Counted from the first letter of the stretch, positions 6,334-15,633 are shown. The stretch: DNA of 17,284 nt from Candidatus Methylomirabilia bacterium (GCA_041497895.1 JBGQHJ010000106.1:1-17284); one strand, 5' to 3'. The notes: a model not told the origin generated them from the sequence alone. Numbers and translations: made by a program.

Positions 6334-7536
6334 ATGATTTCGGTCGCGGACGCGCAGGCTCACGTCCTGGCGCTGGTGGCGCGCGTGGCCGCGCCCGAGG
6401 TGATTCCGGTCGTGGCCGGGCTCGGCCGGGTGCTCGCCGAGGACGTGCGCGCCACGCTGGACGTGCCACCCACCGCCAACTCGGCGGTCGACGGCTACGC
6501 GGTGCGCTCCGCCGACATCCCGGCCTCCGGCACCCGCGAGCTCACGGTGGTGGCCGATCTGGCCGCCGGCTCGGTGTTCGAGCCGACGCTCGGGTCCGGC
6601 GAGGCGCTGCGCATCATGACCGGCGCGCCGATCCCGGCGGGCGCGGATACCGTCTACCCGCAGGAACTCGTGGAGCGCGTGGGCCGCCTGGTGCGGATTC
6701 CCGCCGGCCCGGGCGGTGTCAACGTGCGCCATCGCGGCGAGGACGTGCGCGCGGGCACGGTGGTCCTGCCCGCGGGAGTCGCGCTCCGCCCGCAGGAGCT
6801 CGGGGTGGCGGCCTCGCTCGGGCTCCCCCAGCTCCTGGTGCGGCAGAAGCCGCGGGTGGCGATCCTCTCCACCGGCGACGAGGTAACCGAGCCGGGCCAC
6901 GAGCGGAAGCCGGGCCAGATCTTCGACTCGAACCGCTTCTCGCTCTGCGGGCTGGTCGAGGCCGCGGGCGGGGAGCCGACCGACCACGGCATCGTGCCGG
7001 ACCTCTACGACGTGCTCCACGCGCGCCTGCGCGCCGCCGCCACCACCGCCGACGTCGTTCTCACCTCGGGCGGGGTCTCGGTGGGCGACCACGATCTGGT
7101 CAAGGCGGTGTTGCAGGACGCGGGCGGCATCGAGTTCTGGCAGGTGGCGATGCAGCCCGGACGCCCGCTCGCGGTGGGCCGCATCGGGCCGGCGCTGTTC
7201 TTCGGCCTCCCCGGCAATCCGGTGGCCTCGATGCTGACCTTCCACCTCTTCGTGCGCCCGGCGCTGTGGAAGCTCGCCGGGCGCCGGGAGCTGTTCCCAT
7301 CCCGGTTCCACGCGGTCGCGATGGAGCCGATGAGCAAGAAGCCCGGGCGCCGCGAGTTCAAGCGCGGCATCCTCTCGTACTCCGGAGCGCGGTGGGAGGT
7401 GCGCACCACCGGGCCCCAGGGCTCGGGCATCCTCACCTCGATGACGCTGGCCAACTGCTTCGTGGTCATCGAGGAGGAGCGCGGGGACGTGGCGGCCGGC
7501 GATACGGTATCGGTCGAGCCCTTCGCGGTCGCCTGA
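6334..7536 (+). CDS. moeA: Molybdopterin molybdotransferase MoeA (gephyrin-like, Glp)
   Basis: GRVLAEDV, NSAVDGYAV, RIMTGAPIPAGADTV, STGDE, IFDSN, TSGGVSVGDHD, MQPGRP, FGLPGNPVAS, QGSGILTSM..AN. Confidence 0.96.
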   Translation: MISVADAQAHVLALVARVAAPEVIPVVAGLGRVLAEDVRATLDVPPTANSAVDGYAVRSADIPASGTRELTVVADLAAGSVFEPTLGSGEALRIMTGAPIPAGADTVYPQELVERVGRLVRIPAGPGGVNVRHRGEDVRAGTVVLPAGVALRPQELGVAASLGLPQLLVRQKPRVAILSTGDEVTEPGHERKPGQIFDSNRFSLCGLVEAAGGEPTDHGIVPDLYDVLHARLRAAATTADVVLTSGGVSVGDHDLVKAVLQDAGGIEFWQVAMQPGRPLAVGRIGPALFFGLPGNPVASMLTFHLFVRPALWKLAGRRELFPSRFHAVAMEPMSKKPGRREFKRGILSYSGARWEVRTTGPQGSGILTSMTLANCFVVIEEERGDVAAGDTVSVEPFAVA

Positions 7537-7539
7537 GCC

Positions 7540-9108
7540 ATGCCCCACGGCATCGAGACGCGGCTGATCGAGACGATCACCCCGATGGTGCGGGAGCTGG
7601 TCACCACCCACGCCCGCTCCCTCGCCGACCTCCGCTACGCGGACGTGCGCGTCGAGGTCAGCGAGGGCAAGTTCGCGGGCGCCGAGAACGGGGAGGCCAA
7701 GTCCTCCGGCGACGACTACGCCTTCGCGTTCGGCATCCGGGTCCTGGCCGGCTCCCGCATGAGCGCGCCCGGTTACTTCGGCCGCGGGCTCGGGGCCGCC
7801 GACCTCGTGAGCCTGGCGCGCGTGCTCCGCGAGGGGCTCGAGGCCGCGTACCGGCGGGCGATGGCCAACGCGGAGATGAAGGTCCAGGTGAAGGGCAAGT
7901 TCGGCGCGCTCGGCGACGCGCTCGAGGACACGCGCCTGCACCCGATCGCGGTGCGGCAGGAGATCGTGCCCGCGGTCTTCGAGGTGGATCCTCGCTCGGT
8001 GGCCCTCGACGAGATGGTGCGCCTCACCACCGACGTGTCGCGGCGGACGGCCGCCGCCGACCCCGCCGTCTCCTACAACTACACGTCCACCCTGACCCAG
8101 CTCAGCCGGGAGCTCTTCGCCTCCTCGGAGGGCGCGCTCATCGACCAGTCGTTCGCCCTCACCCAGGGCATGAGCTACGTGGTGGCCACCGGGCCCGACA
8201 ACAGCCAGGAGATCTACGACGTGCTCGGGCACCAGCGCGGCTGGGAGATCCTCACCCGGGGCGTCTCCGAGCCGCCGATCGAGTTTCCCCCCTTCCCCGA
8301 GTTCGCCCTCGCCATCGCCCGCGACGCGGCCGACGTGTGCCGGGCGCCCGCCCTCACGCCGCCCGACGGCCTGGCCACGGTGGTCACCGACCCGCACTAC
8401 AACACGCTCCTCTCCCACGAGATCGTCGGCCACCCGGTCGAGCTCGACCGCGGGCTCAAGATGGAGACCGCCTACGCGGGGCGCTCGTGGCTGCTGCGCG
8501 GGCTCGGCGACACCCAGCTCGGGCGGCGCATCGCCTCGCCGCTGGTCACCGCGTTCTCGGATCCCTCCCTGCCCGGCTACGGGCACTACGCCTACGACCA
8601 CGAGGGCACCCCGGCACGGCGCGTGGTCCACATCGACCGGGGGATCTTCACCGGATTCATGAACAGCCGGCAGACCGCGGCGATCTTCGGGGGCGACCCC
8701 AACGGGCACTGGAAGGCGACCGACGCCCAGCTCGTCCCGCTGGTGCGCATGTCGACCACCGTGTTCGCGGGCGGCGAGCGCGATCCGGAAGAACTGATCC
8801 GCGAGATCGACCACGGTTACTACCTGGTCGGTCACCGCACCCCGTCGATCGCGGAGAGCCGCGAGAACTTCCGCATCTCCGCGCGCAAGGTCTACGAGAT
8901 CCGGCGGGGCGAGATCGGGCGGCTCTTCCGCGACGGCGGCATCATGGCCGACAGCCGCGATTATCTGATGCACGTCGACGGGGTCGGCCGCGACTTCCGG
9001 CTCTACCCGATCCCGAACTGCGGCAAGGGCCAGCCGATGCAGACCCGCAAGCTCGGCAACGGCGGGCCCACCCTGCGAAGCCGCGCCGTCCTCACCGGCG
9101 GGGCCTGA
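7540..9108 (+). CDS. tldD: TldD/PmbA family metalloprotease, catalytic TldD-type subunit
   Basis: HEIVGHPVELD (HExxxH), DPSLPGYGHYAYDHEGTPA, RMSTT, and C-terminal NCGKGQP carrying the Cys ligand. Confidence 0.92.
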   Translation: MPHGIETRLIETITPMVRELVTTHARSLADLRYADVRVEVSEGKFAGAENGEAKSSGDDYAFAFGIRVLAGSRMSAPGYFGRGLGAADLVSLARVLREGLEAAYRRAMANAEMKVQVKGKFGALGDALEDTRLHPIAVRQEIVPAVFEVDPRSVALDEMVRLTTDVSRRTAAADPAVSYNYTSTLTQLSRELFASSEGALIDQSFALTQGMSYVVATGPDNSQEIYDVLGHQRGWEILTRGVSEPPIEFPPFPEFALAIARDAADVCRAPALTPPDGLATVVTDPHYNTLLSHEIVGHPVELDRGLKMETAYAGRSWLLRGLGDTQLGRRIASPLVTAFSDPSLPGYGHYAYDHEGTPARRVVHIDRGIFTGFMNSRQTAAIFGGDPNGHWKATDAQLVPLVRMSTTVFAGGERDPEELIREIDHGYYLVGHRTPSIAESRENFRISARKVYEIRRGEIGRLFRDGGIMADSRDYLMHVDGVGRDFRLYPIPNCGKGQPMQTRKLGNGGPTLRSRAVLTGGA

Positions 9109-9112
9109 TCGC

Positions 9113-10660
9113 GTGGATCTCCGCCGCACGGTCGGGGAGGCCCTCGCGCGCCTCGCCCTCGAGCCCGGGGTGCGCGAGGTCGAGGTCTTCGCGGCGCTGA
9201 ACCGTGCGCTCTTGACCCGGCTCAACTACACCTCGCACATCGCCTGCAACGGGGTCGAGGAGCCGAAGTCCACCGAGATGAGCGGGCTCGGCGTGCACGC
9301 GGTCTTCGACGGGCCCGACGGCCGGCCCCTGGTGGGCTTCGGGTCGGAGCCGAGCGATCTCACCCTCGACGGCGCCCGGCGAGCGCTCGCCAAGGCCCGC
9401 CAGGCCGCGGTCCACGATCCCGCGTTTTACTCGCTGCCGCGACCCACCGGGGAGCGGCGCACCCTGGCCGCCTACCACGACCCGCGGCTCATGGACGTCT
9501 CCGACGCCGACCTGGTCGAGGCGGGATGGAAGGTGATCGCGGGCGGCCTGCGCGCGTTCATGACCTCGTCGCGGCTCGCGGACCTGGTGCCGGACGAGGC
9601 CGGCCTCAAGGCCCTCGGTCTCATCCTGGGGGGCGACGTCACGATCCTGCAGGAGCGCATCGCGATCGCCTCCACCGCGCTGCCGGAGCCGCAGACCGAC
9701 GACGCGACCTTCATGTCGGCCTCCGCCACCGCCATGGTGGAGGCGCGTGACGCCAAGGGCTCGGGGTGGAGCGTGTGCACGCGCCTCGAGCACTTCACCG
9801 ACGAGGCGGGGAGCGAGGCGGCGGGCAACGCGGTGGCCGCCATCGACGGCGCCCGGGTGGAGTCGGGCGACTACACCGTGGTCTTCGGGCCCCAGCCGGT
9901 GGCCGACCTCTGCAACAACCTGATCGTGCCGTCCTGCCAGGCGGGCTCCTTCTTCGCCTCGAGCACCCCGTTCCTGGGCCGGCTCGGCCGGTCGGTCGCG
10001 GCGGCCGGGCTCAGCCTCTACGACCACGGGGCCATGCCGGGCCTCGCGGGCTCCCGGGGCATCACCTGCGAGGGCCTGCCCACCGGACGGACCGACCTGA
10101 TCAAGGACGGCGTGCTCGTCGGGCTGCTGACCCACTGGTACGACACCCAGCGGCTCCTGCACGATGCGGAGGGACGGCAGAAGCTCGGGGTGGATCCCGC
10201 GTCGGCGGGGGCCGCGCTCGCCCCGCGCAACGGCTTCCGCTACGACGGCTCGGGCCGCTCCTTCGAGACCACCCCCGGCACGTCGGCCACCAACGTGGTG
10301 CTCGAGGGCCGCGACCCGGTCTCGCTCGATCGGCTGCTCGCGGGCGTGCGCGACGGGCTCTACGTCGGGCGCATCTGGTACACGTACCCGATCAACGGGT
10401 TGCGGGCCGGAGACTTCACTTGTACGGTGGTGGGCGACTCCTTTATCATCCGCGACGGTCGGATCGCGGCGCCGCTCAAGGCGAACACGCTCCGGATCAA
10501 CGACAACCTCACCCGGCTGCTCGGCGCGGTCGTCGGCACGACGAAGGACGCGAAGGGCACGCTCGTGTGGGGAGCGGACGAGGTCGTGTACGCGCCGGCG
10601 ATCGCGGTCACGGGCGTGCACGTGGACGCGATCGCAGGATTCATGGAGGGACCCGACTGA
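9113..10660 (+). CDS. TldE/PmbA family protein (non-catalytic partner subunit)
   Basis: GDYTVVFGPQPV, SLYDHG, EGLPTGRTDLIKDGVL, TNVVLEG, DGLYV, GDF...IRDGRI; no HExxxH; starts 4 nt after the tldD stop. Confidence 0.88.
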   Translation: MDLRRTVGEALARLALEPGVREVEVFAALNRALLTRLNYTSHIACNGVEEPKSTEMSGLGVHAVFDGPDGRPLVGFGSEPSDLTLDGARRALAKARQAAVHDPAFYSLPRPTGERRTLAAYHDPRLMDVSDADLVEAGWKVIAGGLRAFMTSSRLADLVPDEAGLKALGLILGGDVTILQERIAIASTALPEPQTDDATFMSASATAMVEARDAKGSGWSVCTRLEHFTDEAGSEAAGNAVAAIDGARVESGDYTVVFGPQPVADLCNNLIVPSCQAGSFFASSTPFLGRLGRSVAAAGLSLYDHGAMPGLAGSRGITCEGLPTGRTDLIKDGVLVGLLTHWYDTQRLLHDAEGRQKLGVDPASAGAALAPRNGFRYDGSGRSFETTPGTSATNVVLEGRDPVSLDRLLAGVRDGLYVGRIWYTYPINGLRAGDFTCTVVGDSFIIRDGRIAAPLKANTLRINDNLTRLLGAVVGTTKDAKGTLVWGADEVVYAPAIAVTGVHVDAIAGFMEGPD

Positions 10661-11556
10661 TGGCGAACCCGGACGTGGCGAAGCTCGAGACCATCGCGCG
10701 CGAAGGACGGGTGCAGATCCTCCGGATGCTGACCCACGCCGGCTCCGGGCATCCCGGAGGCTCCCTCTCGGTGATCGACATCCTCACCGATCTCTACTTC
10801 AACCGCCTGCGCCTCGATCCGGCCCGTCCGCAGTGGGAGGACCGCGATCGGTTCATCCTCTCGAAGGGCCACTGCGTCCCCGCCCAGTACTACTGCATGG
10901 CGAAGGCCGGGTTCTTCGCGATGGACCGCGTCGTCACCCTGCGCAAGCTCGGCAGCCCGCTCCAGGGTCATCCGGATCGCGTCGCCCTGCCCGGCATCGA
11001 GGCCGCGACCGGCTCGCTCGGCCAGGGGATCTCGGTCGCGGTCGGCATGGCGCTGGGGCTCAAGCTCGGGGGCAAGGCCGCGCGCGTGTACTGCGTGCTG
11101 GGCGACGGCGAGACCCAGGAGGGCCAGGTGTGGGAGAGTCTGATGTCGGCCCCGAAGCTCGGCGGCCCGGCCCACCACCTCGACAACCTCTGCGTGATCC
11201 TCGACTACAACGGCATCCAGCTCGACGGCTTCGTGAAGAAGATCCTCGACCTCGAGCCGATCACCGACAAGCTCAAGTCCTTCGCCTGGCCGGTGCTCGA
11301 GGTCGACGGCCACGACATCGCCCAGGTGGACAAGGCCCTCGACCAGGCCGAGGCCACCAAGGGGGCGCCCACGTTCATCGTGGCCCACACCGTCAAGGGC
11401 AAGGGCGTGTCGTTCATGGAGAACGATCCGGAGTGGCACGGCAAGGCTCCGAAGCCGGAGGAGGCGGTGCGCGCCATCCGGGAGATCGTGGGCGAGCCTC
11501 CGCCGGCCTGGGCCGCGCCGGTCATCGCCGAGCTCTCCGCCCTGGGGAAGAAGTGA
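10660..11556 (+). CDS. Transketolase, N-terminal (ThDP-binding) subunit of a split enzyme
   Basis: GSGHPGGSLS, DRFILSKGH, LQGHP, TGSLGQG, ThDP motif GDGETQEG...N, TVKGKGVSFME..WHG; ATG 10660 overlaps the tldE stop (TGATG). Confidence 0.95.
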   Translation: MANPDVAKLETIAREGRVQILRMLTHAGSGHPGGSLSVIDILTDLYFNRLRLDPARPQWEDRDRFILSKGHCVPAQYYCMAKAGFFAMDRVVTLRKLGSPLQGHPDRVALPGIEAATGSLGQGISVAVGMALGLKLGGKAARVYCVLGDGETQEGQVWESLMSAPKLGGPAHHLDNLCVILDYNGIQLDGFVKKILDLEPITDKLKSFAWPVLEVDGHDIAQVDKALDQAEATKGAPTFIVAHTVKGKGVSFMENDPEWHGKAPKPEEAVRAIREIVGEPPPAWAAPVIAELSALGKK

Positions 11557-12482
11557 TGGCGGCCAAGGCCTCGCGCGCCGCCTTCGGAGAAGCGCTGATC
11601 GAGCTCGGCGCCAAGGACGAGCGGATCGTCACCCTCGACGCCGACCTCTCGAAGTCCACCATGACCGGTGCCTTCGCCAAGAAGTATCCGGACCGGGCGT
11701 TCGACCTGGGGATCGCGGAGTCGGGCATGATCGGGGTCGCGGCGGGGCTCGCCCTGACCGGCCACGTGCCCTTCGCCTGCTCGTTCGCCTGCTTCCTGGT
11801 GGGGCGCTTCGAGACGATCCGGGTGTCGGTGGCCTACACCGACGCGCCGGTGAAGCTGGTCGGCACCCACGTGGGGGTGGCGATCGGCGAGGACGGCTAC
11901 ACTCAGATGGGGCTCGAGGACGTCGCCTGCCTCCGGTCCCTGCCGAACATCCCGATCGTGCAGCCCGCGGACGAGCTCGAGACGCGCCAGGCGGTGGCCT
12001 ACGCGATCGAGCATCCCGGGCCGATCTATCTCCGCCTCACCCGCCAGAACCTCGAGCCGGTGCACGACGCGGCGTATCGCTTCCGCTTCGGCAAGGCCGA
12101 CGTGCTGCGGCCGGGCCACGACGTCACGGTGCTGGCCACCGGCGGGCCGCTCTGGTTCGCGCTCGAGGCCGCGCGCAAGCTCGCGGCCGAGGGCATCCAG
12201 GCCGAGGTCGTCAACGTGGCCACCATCAAGCCGCTCGACGAGGAGACCATCCTGCGCTCGGCCGGGCGCACCGGCCACGTGGTCACGGTCGAGGACCACA
12301 GCATCCACGGCGGGCTCGGGAGCGCGGTGGCCGAGCTGCTCTCCGAGGTGATGCCGACCCCGCTCAAGCGCATCGGGGTCACGACCTTCGGCGAGTCCGG
12401 CGACATGAAGGGTCTCTACGCCAAGCACGGCCTCGACGCCGACGGCATCGCGGGCACGGTGCGCAAGTTCCTCGCCCGCTAG
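11556..12482 (+). CDS. Transketolase, C-terminal subunit of a split enzyme
   Basis: RAAFGEAL, LDADLSKST, GIAES, GEDGYTQMGLED, GPIYLRL, TIKPLD, TVEDHSIHGGLGSAVAE; ATG overlaps the upstream stop (TGATG). Confidence 0.95.
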   Translation: MAAKASRAAFGEALIELGAKDERIVTLDADLSKSTMTGAFAKKYPDRAFDLGIAESGMIGVAAGLALTGHVPFACSFACFLVGRFETIRVSVAYTDAPVKLVGTHVGVAIGEDGYTQMGLEDVACLRSLPNIPIVQPADELETRQAVAYAIEHPGPIYLRLTRQNLEPVHDAAYRFRFGKADVLRPGHDVTVLATGGPLWFALEAARKLAAEGIQAEVVNVATIKPLDEETILRSAGRTGHVVTVEDHSIHGGLGSAVAELLSEVMPTPLKRIGVTTFGESGDMKGLYAKHGLDADGIAGTVRKFLAR

Positions 12483-12600
12483 CCGCGGGCGTCAGCGCTC
12501 CGGCACCACCCGAAGGTAGAGCGGCGGAACGGCACGTCCGCGGCGGGGTACGGCGCGCCGCCCGCTCCCCCTGGCAGCGTCGCGGCCAGCGTGACGAGCG

Positions 12601-12609
12601 TGCTAGGCT
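12601..12609 (+). promoter_or_regulatory. Extended -10 (TG-C-TAGGCT) for DUF2214 (probably leaderless)
   Basis: TAGGCT at 12604-12609, 6 nt (TCATCC) before ATG 12616; no Shine-Dalgarno. Confidence 0.6.
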
Positions 12610-12615
12610 TCATCC

Positions 12616-13062
12616 ATGCTCTCCGCGGTCGTCTCTTCCCTGCACGTGCTCGCCCTGGCGCTCGGCCTGCCCGCGGTCTTCCTGCGCGGGCGCGCGCTCA
12701 AGGGCCCGCTCGACGCCGAGGGTCTCCGGCGGCTGCTGGCCGCCGACAATGTCTGGGGCATCGCGGCGGTGCTGTGGATCGTCACCGGTCTCCTCCGCGC
12801 CTTCGGCGGCCTCGAGAAGGGCGCCGACTTCTACCTGCACTCGCCGCTCTTCTGGACCAAGATGGCGCTGTTCCTCGTCGTGCTCCTGCTCGAGATCCGG
12901 CCGATGGCCACCTTCATCCGGTGGCGCGTCAGGCTTGGCCGCGGCGAGGCCATCGACACCGGCGCGGCCCGCGCGCTGTACACGCTCAACCACGTCGAGC
13001 TGGCGATCGTCGTGGTGATGGTCTTCGTGGCCAGTCTCATGGCCCGCGGCGTGGGGTTCTAG
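12616..13062 (+). CDS. DUF2214 family membrane protein
   Basis: Four hydrophobic segments; LH.LAL, DNVWGIAA, TGLLR...EKGADFYL..PLFWTKMALF, PMATFIRWR, LMARGVG match the DUF2214 pattern. Confidence 0.88.
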   Translation: MLSAVVSSLHVLALALGLPAVFLRGRALKGPLDAEGLRRLLAADNVWGIAAVLWIVTGLLRAFGGLEKGADFYLHSPLFWTKMALFLVVLLLEIRPMATFIRWRVRLGRGEAIDTGAARALYTLNHVELAIVVVMVFVASLMARGVGF

Positions 13063-13856
13063 GGTCTCCCGAGCGCGCCGCCGCCCAGCCGCAGCCCGTC
13101 CACCACCCCGATCTGGAACGCGAGGTAGAGCCCGAAGGCGAGCGAGAGCGCGCCGGTGGCCAGGGCCAGCGCCCGTCGCACGCGCTCGAGGCGCGGCGCG
13201 CGGAGCGTGAATGGAAGCGACAGCAGGCCGGTGATCGCGGTCATGCCCAGGATGGTGCCGACCCCGAACACGAGCAGGTAGGCGATCGTGGCTCCCGTGC
13301 CGCGGATCGTCGACAGGACGAGCAGGGCGACCGCCGCGCTGCCGGCGAGGCCGTGCACCAGGCCCACGAGGGCCGAGCGCAGCGCCTGGGCCGGCCCGAC
13401 CGTCTGGAGCGCGCGCAGGAGGCGGGCCGGCGGATGCGTGTGCGGGTGCCGGTGCACCGCGCCGGCATGGGCGTGGACGTGGCTGTGGAGCGCGGGGCCA
13501 TCCTCGTGGGCGTGGGGCTCGCCGAGGTGAGTCACCGGCACCGGGTCGGAGTCGCGGAGCACCCACAGGATGCGGGCGACGCCGAGGCCGATCAGCATGA
13601 AGGCCACGAGCATCTCGAGTGACAGGGCCGCGCGCGGGGTGACCGCCACGTTGAAGACCGCGATGGCGACGCCCACCGCGGTGACGGTCACGGTGTGGCC
13701 CACGCCCCAGAACGCGCCCACCAGCGCGCCCGCGCCGAAGCGTCGGGTGCGCGCCACGATGGTGGCGACCGCCACCACGTGATCCGGATCGGTCGCGTGC
13801 TGGATGCCGAAGAGCAGCCCCAGCAGCATGGCCGAGCCGAGCGCGGCGTCGGGCAC
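13059..13856 (-). CDS. Nickel/cobalt permease, UreH/NiCoT-like, with His-rich loop
   Basis: HATDPDH (NiCoT-type HAxDxDH), FWGVGHT, His-rich loop HAHEDGPALHSHVHAHAGAVHRHPHTH, GLVHGLAGS, FGVGTILGM; about six hydrophobic segments. Confidence 0.88.
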   Translation of the reverse strand: MPDAALGSAMLLGLLFGIQHATDPDHVVAVATIVARTRRFGAGALVGAFWGVGHTVTVTAVGVAIAVFNVAVTPRAALSLEMLVAFMLIGLGVARILWVLRDSDPVPVTHLGEPHAHEDGPALHSHVHAHAGAVHRHPHTHPPARLLRALQTVGPAQALRSALVGLVHGLAGSAAVALLVLSTIRGTGATIAYLLVFGVGTILGMTAITGLLSLPFTLRAPRLERVRRALALATGALSLAFGLYLAFQIGVVDGLRLGGGALGRP

Positions 13857-13859
13857 CGG

Positions 13860-14693
13860 CTACTCCGAGAGCTTGAGCAGCAGGCCGGTGCGGCGCGAGC
13901 GCGTGACCGCGGCGGCCAGCGCCCAGTGGGCCAGCACCGCGTAGAGCAGCGAGAGCGCGAAGCCGGTGGCGAAGGGATGGGCGAACCGGGCCGGGAAGCC
14001 GTACCCGGCCCGGATCCCGTCGAGGAAGTAGGTCAGCGGGATGCCGGCCGAGATCGTCTGTACCCAGCCCGGCAGCACCGCGATCGGGTAGTAGATCCCG
14101 GAGAGCATCACGAAGAAGTTCACCGCCGCCCACGCCGAGGTCTCGGCCCGGGTGCCCCACAGGAGGACGAGCGCGCAGACCAGGAGCCCGATGACCAGCG
14201 CGGTGAGGAAGCAGCCGAGCAGGAAGAGCGCCACCCGCGTGATCCCCGCCCCGAGGAAGTCAAAGCCGAAGGCGCGGCCGCCGATGAGCGCCATCAGGGC
14301 CCACACCACCACGCCCCGTCCCACCCCGACCAGCCAGGAGCCCAGCGCGAGGTGGCGGATGCGCACCGGGGTGAGGAACTGGTGCTTCATCGACTTGGAC
14401 CAGATGTCGAACAGCACCGCGTAGGCCACGTCGAGCTGGCAGACCTGGACCGCGGACAGGGCGACGGTGCCGACCAGGATGAATGCGGTCATCTGCGGGG
14501 TGAGGTCGAGGAAGCGGGTGAGCAGGCCGTGCGAGAGCATGGCCACGCCGGGCCAGAACGTGAGCTCGAAGACGAAGAACACGTTGCGGCGGGCCATGAT
14601 GAGGTTCCGGTAGGCGAAGGCGGTGAGGCGCACCCACTCCCCCATCCATCGATCGGCGAGGCTCTCGGCGAGCGGCTCAGCGCGCCAGCTCAA
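13860..14693 (-). CDS. ABC-2 type transporter permease
   Basis: Multiple TM segments, FLTPV, LSGIYYPIAVLPGWVQ...PLTY..DGIR typical of ABC-2 permeases. Preferred start is TTG at 14693 with GAGGAGG 6 nt upstream; ATG at 14645 is the alternative. Confidence 0.88.
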   Translation of the reverse strand: MSWRAEPLAESLADRWMGEWVRLTAFAYRNLIMARRNVFFVFELTFWPGVAMLSHGLLTRFLDLTPQMTAFILVGTVALSAVQVCQLDVAYAVLFDIWSKSMKHQFLTPVRIRHLALGSWLVGVGRGVVVWALMALIGGRAFGFDFLGAGITRVALFLLGCFLTALVIGLLVCALVLLWGTRAETSAWAAVNFFVMLSGIYYPIAVLPGWVQTISAGIPLTYFLDGIRAGYGFPARFAHPFATGFALSLLYAVLAHWALAAAVTRSRRTGLLLKLSE

Positions 14694-15624
14694 CGAAGAC
14701 CTCCTCGAGATCCGGCTCGCGGACCTGACAGTCGCGCACCAGCACGTTCTGCTCGACGAGCCAGCGGAGAATGTCCGGCAGGCGCTTCTCGGCCGAGTCC
14801 ACCGTGCACTCGATGCGGTCGCCACGCGCCTGCGCGTGGAGGACGCCGGCCAGCTCGGCGAGGCCGGCCGGCGCCGCCGGGTCCAGGCGCAGCGCGATCA
14901 CGTCCCCGATGCGGATCTGGCGCTTGAGCTCGTCCGAGGAGCCCTCGGCGAGGATGCGCCCGCCCTTGATGAACGCGATCCGGTCGCAGAGCTCCTCGGC
15001 CTCCCGCATGTAGTGGGTGGTCAGGATGATGGTGGTGCCCTCCCGGCGGCGTAGCTCGGCGATCTGGCCCCGGATGCGGATCGACACGTCGGGATCGAGC
15101 CCCAGGGTGGGCTCGTCGAGGAAGAGCACCTCGGGCCGGTTGAGCAGGGCCTTGGCCAGGGCCAGCCGCTGCTTGAGGCCGGTGGAGAGCTCGTTGTACT
15201 CGGTCTTGAGGTGCGGGGTCAGCTCGAAGCGCTCGAGCAGCTCGTCCACGCGGGCCCGGAGGCCGCGGCCGTGCAGCCCGTAGAGACGGCCGTAGAAGGC
15301 GAGCACCTCGGCCGGGCGCAGGCTCCACACGAAGGAGGCGTTGCCGCTCGCCATGTTGAGGCGGCGCCGGATCGCGTGGGCCTCGCGCACCACGTCGTGG
15401 CCCAGGATGGTGGCCGAGCCGCTGTCGGGCAGCAGCAGGGTGGCCAGGATGGAGAGCAGCGTGGTCTTGCCCGCCCCGTTGGGCCCGAGCAGGCCGAAGA
15501 TGGCGCCGCGCTCCACCTGCAGGCTCGCCCCGCGCAGGGCGACGGTCTCCCGCCGGCGGAGCCATCCGCTGCGGAACGTCTTGGCGAGGTCGTGAGCTTC
15601 CACGGCGAGGAGCGAGGCCGGCAT
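14677..15624 (-). CDS. ABC transporter ATP-binding protein (ABC-2/DrrA-like)
   Basis: Walker A GPNGAGKTT, signature LSTGLKQ, Walker B LFLDEPTLGLD, H-loop TTHYMREAE, C-terminal PDLEEVF. Confidence 0.95.
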   Translation of the reverse strand: MPASLLAVEAHDLAKTFRSGWLRRRETVALRGASLQVERGAIFGLLGPNGAGKTTLLSILATLLLPDSGSATILGHDVVREAHAIRRRLNMASGNASFVWSLRPAEVLAFYGRLYGLHGRGLRARVDELLERFELTPHLKTEYNELSTGLKQRLALAKALLNRPEVLFLDEPTLGLDPDVSIRIRGQIAELRRREGTTIILTTHYMREAEELCDRIAFIKGGRILAEGSSDELKRQIRIGDVIALRLDPAAPAGLAELAGVLHAQARGDRIECTVDSAEKRLPDILRWLVEQNVLVRDCQVREPDLEEVFVELAR

Positions 15625-15633
15625 GACCCGCTC

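Noticed and set aside
6061..9225. 1054-aa minus-strand ORF, and the other long overlapping ORFs (18-1049, 7266-9200, 9092-10621, 10360-11439, 11205-12428, 12610-14160, 13695-14927)
   Set aside because: Antisense or off-frame shadows of well-supported genes in high-GC DNA; low-complexity translations with no recognisable motifs.
7540..10660. RiPP (microcin-like) cluster built from TldDE, the radical SAM enzyme and the ABC exporter
   Set aside because: No precursor peptide, YcaO or RRE is visible; the radical SAM is SPL-like with no SPASM cysteines; the genes lie in separate transcription units.
11540..11570. Possible frameshifted (pseudogene) transketolase
   Set aside because: Clean TGATG coupling, and each half has the termini expected of a naturally two-subunit transketolase.
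9766..12482. Apparent long N-terminal extensions or fusions on the transketolase halves (596 aa and 772 aa ORFs); similar extensions on the SDR, DUF309, DinB and 4522 ORFs
   Set aside because: The extensions overlap the neighbouring real genes in another frame; real starts are marked by stop/start overlaps or Shine-Dalgarno sequences.
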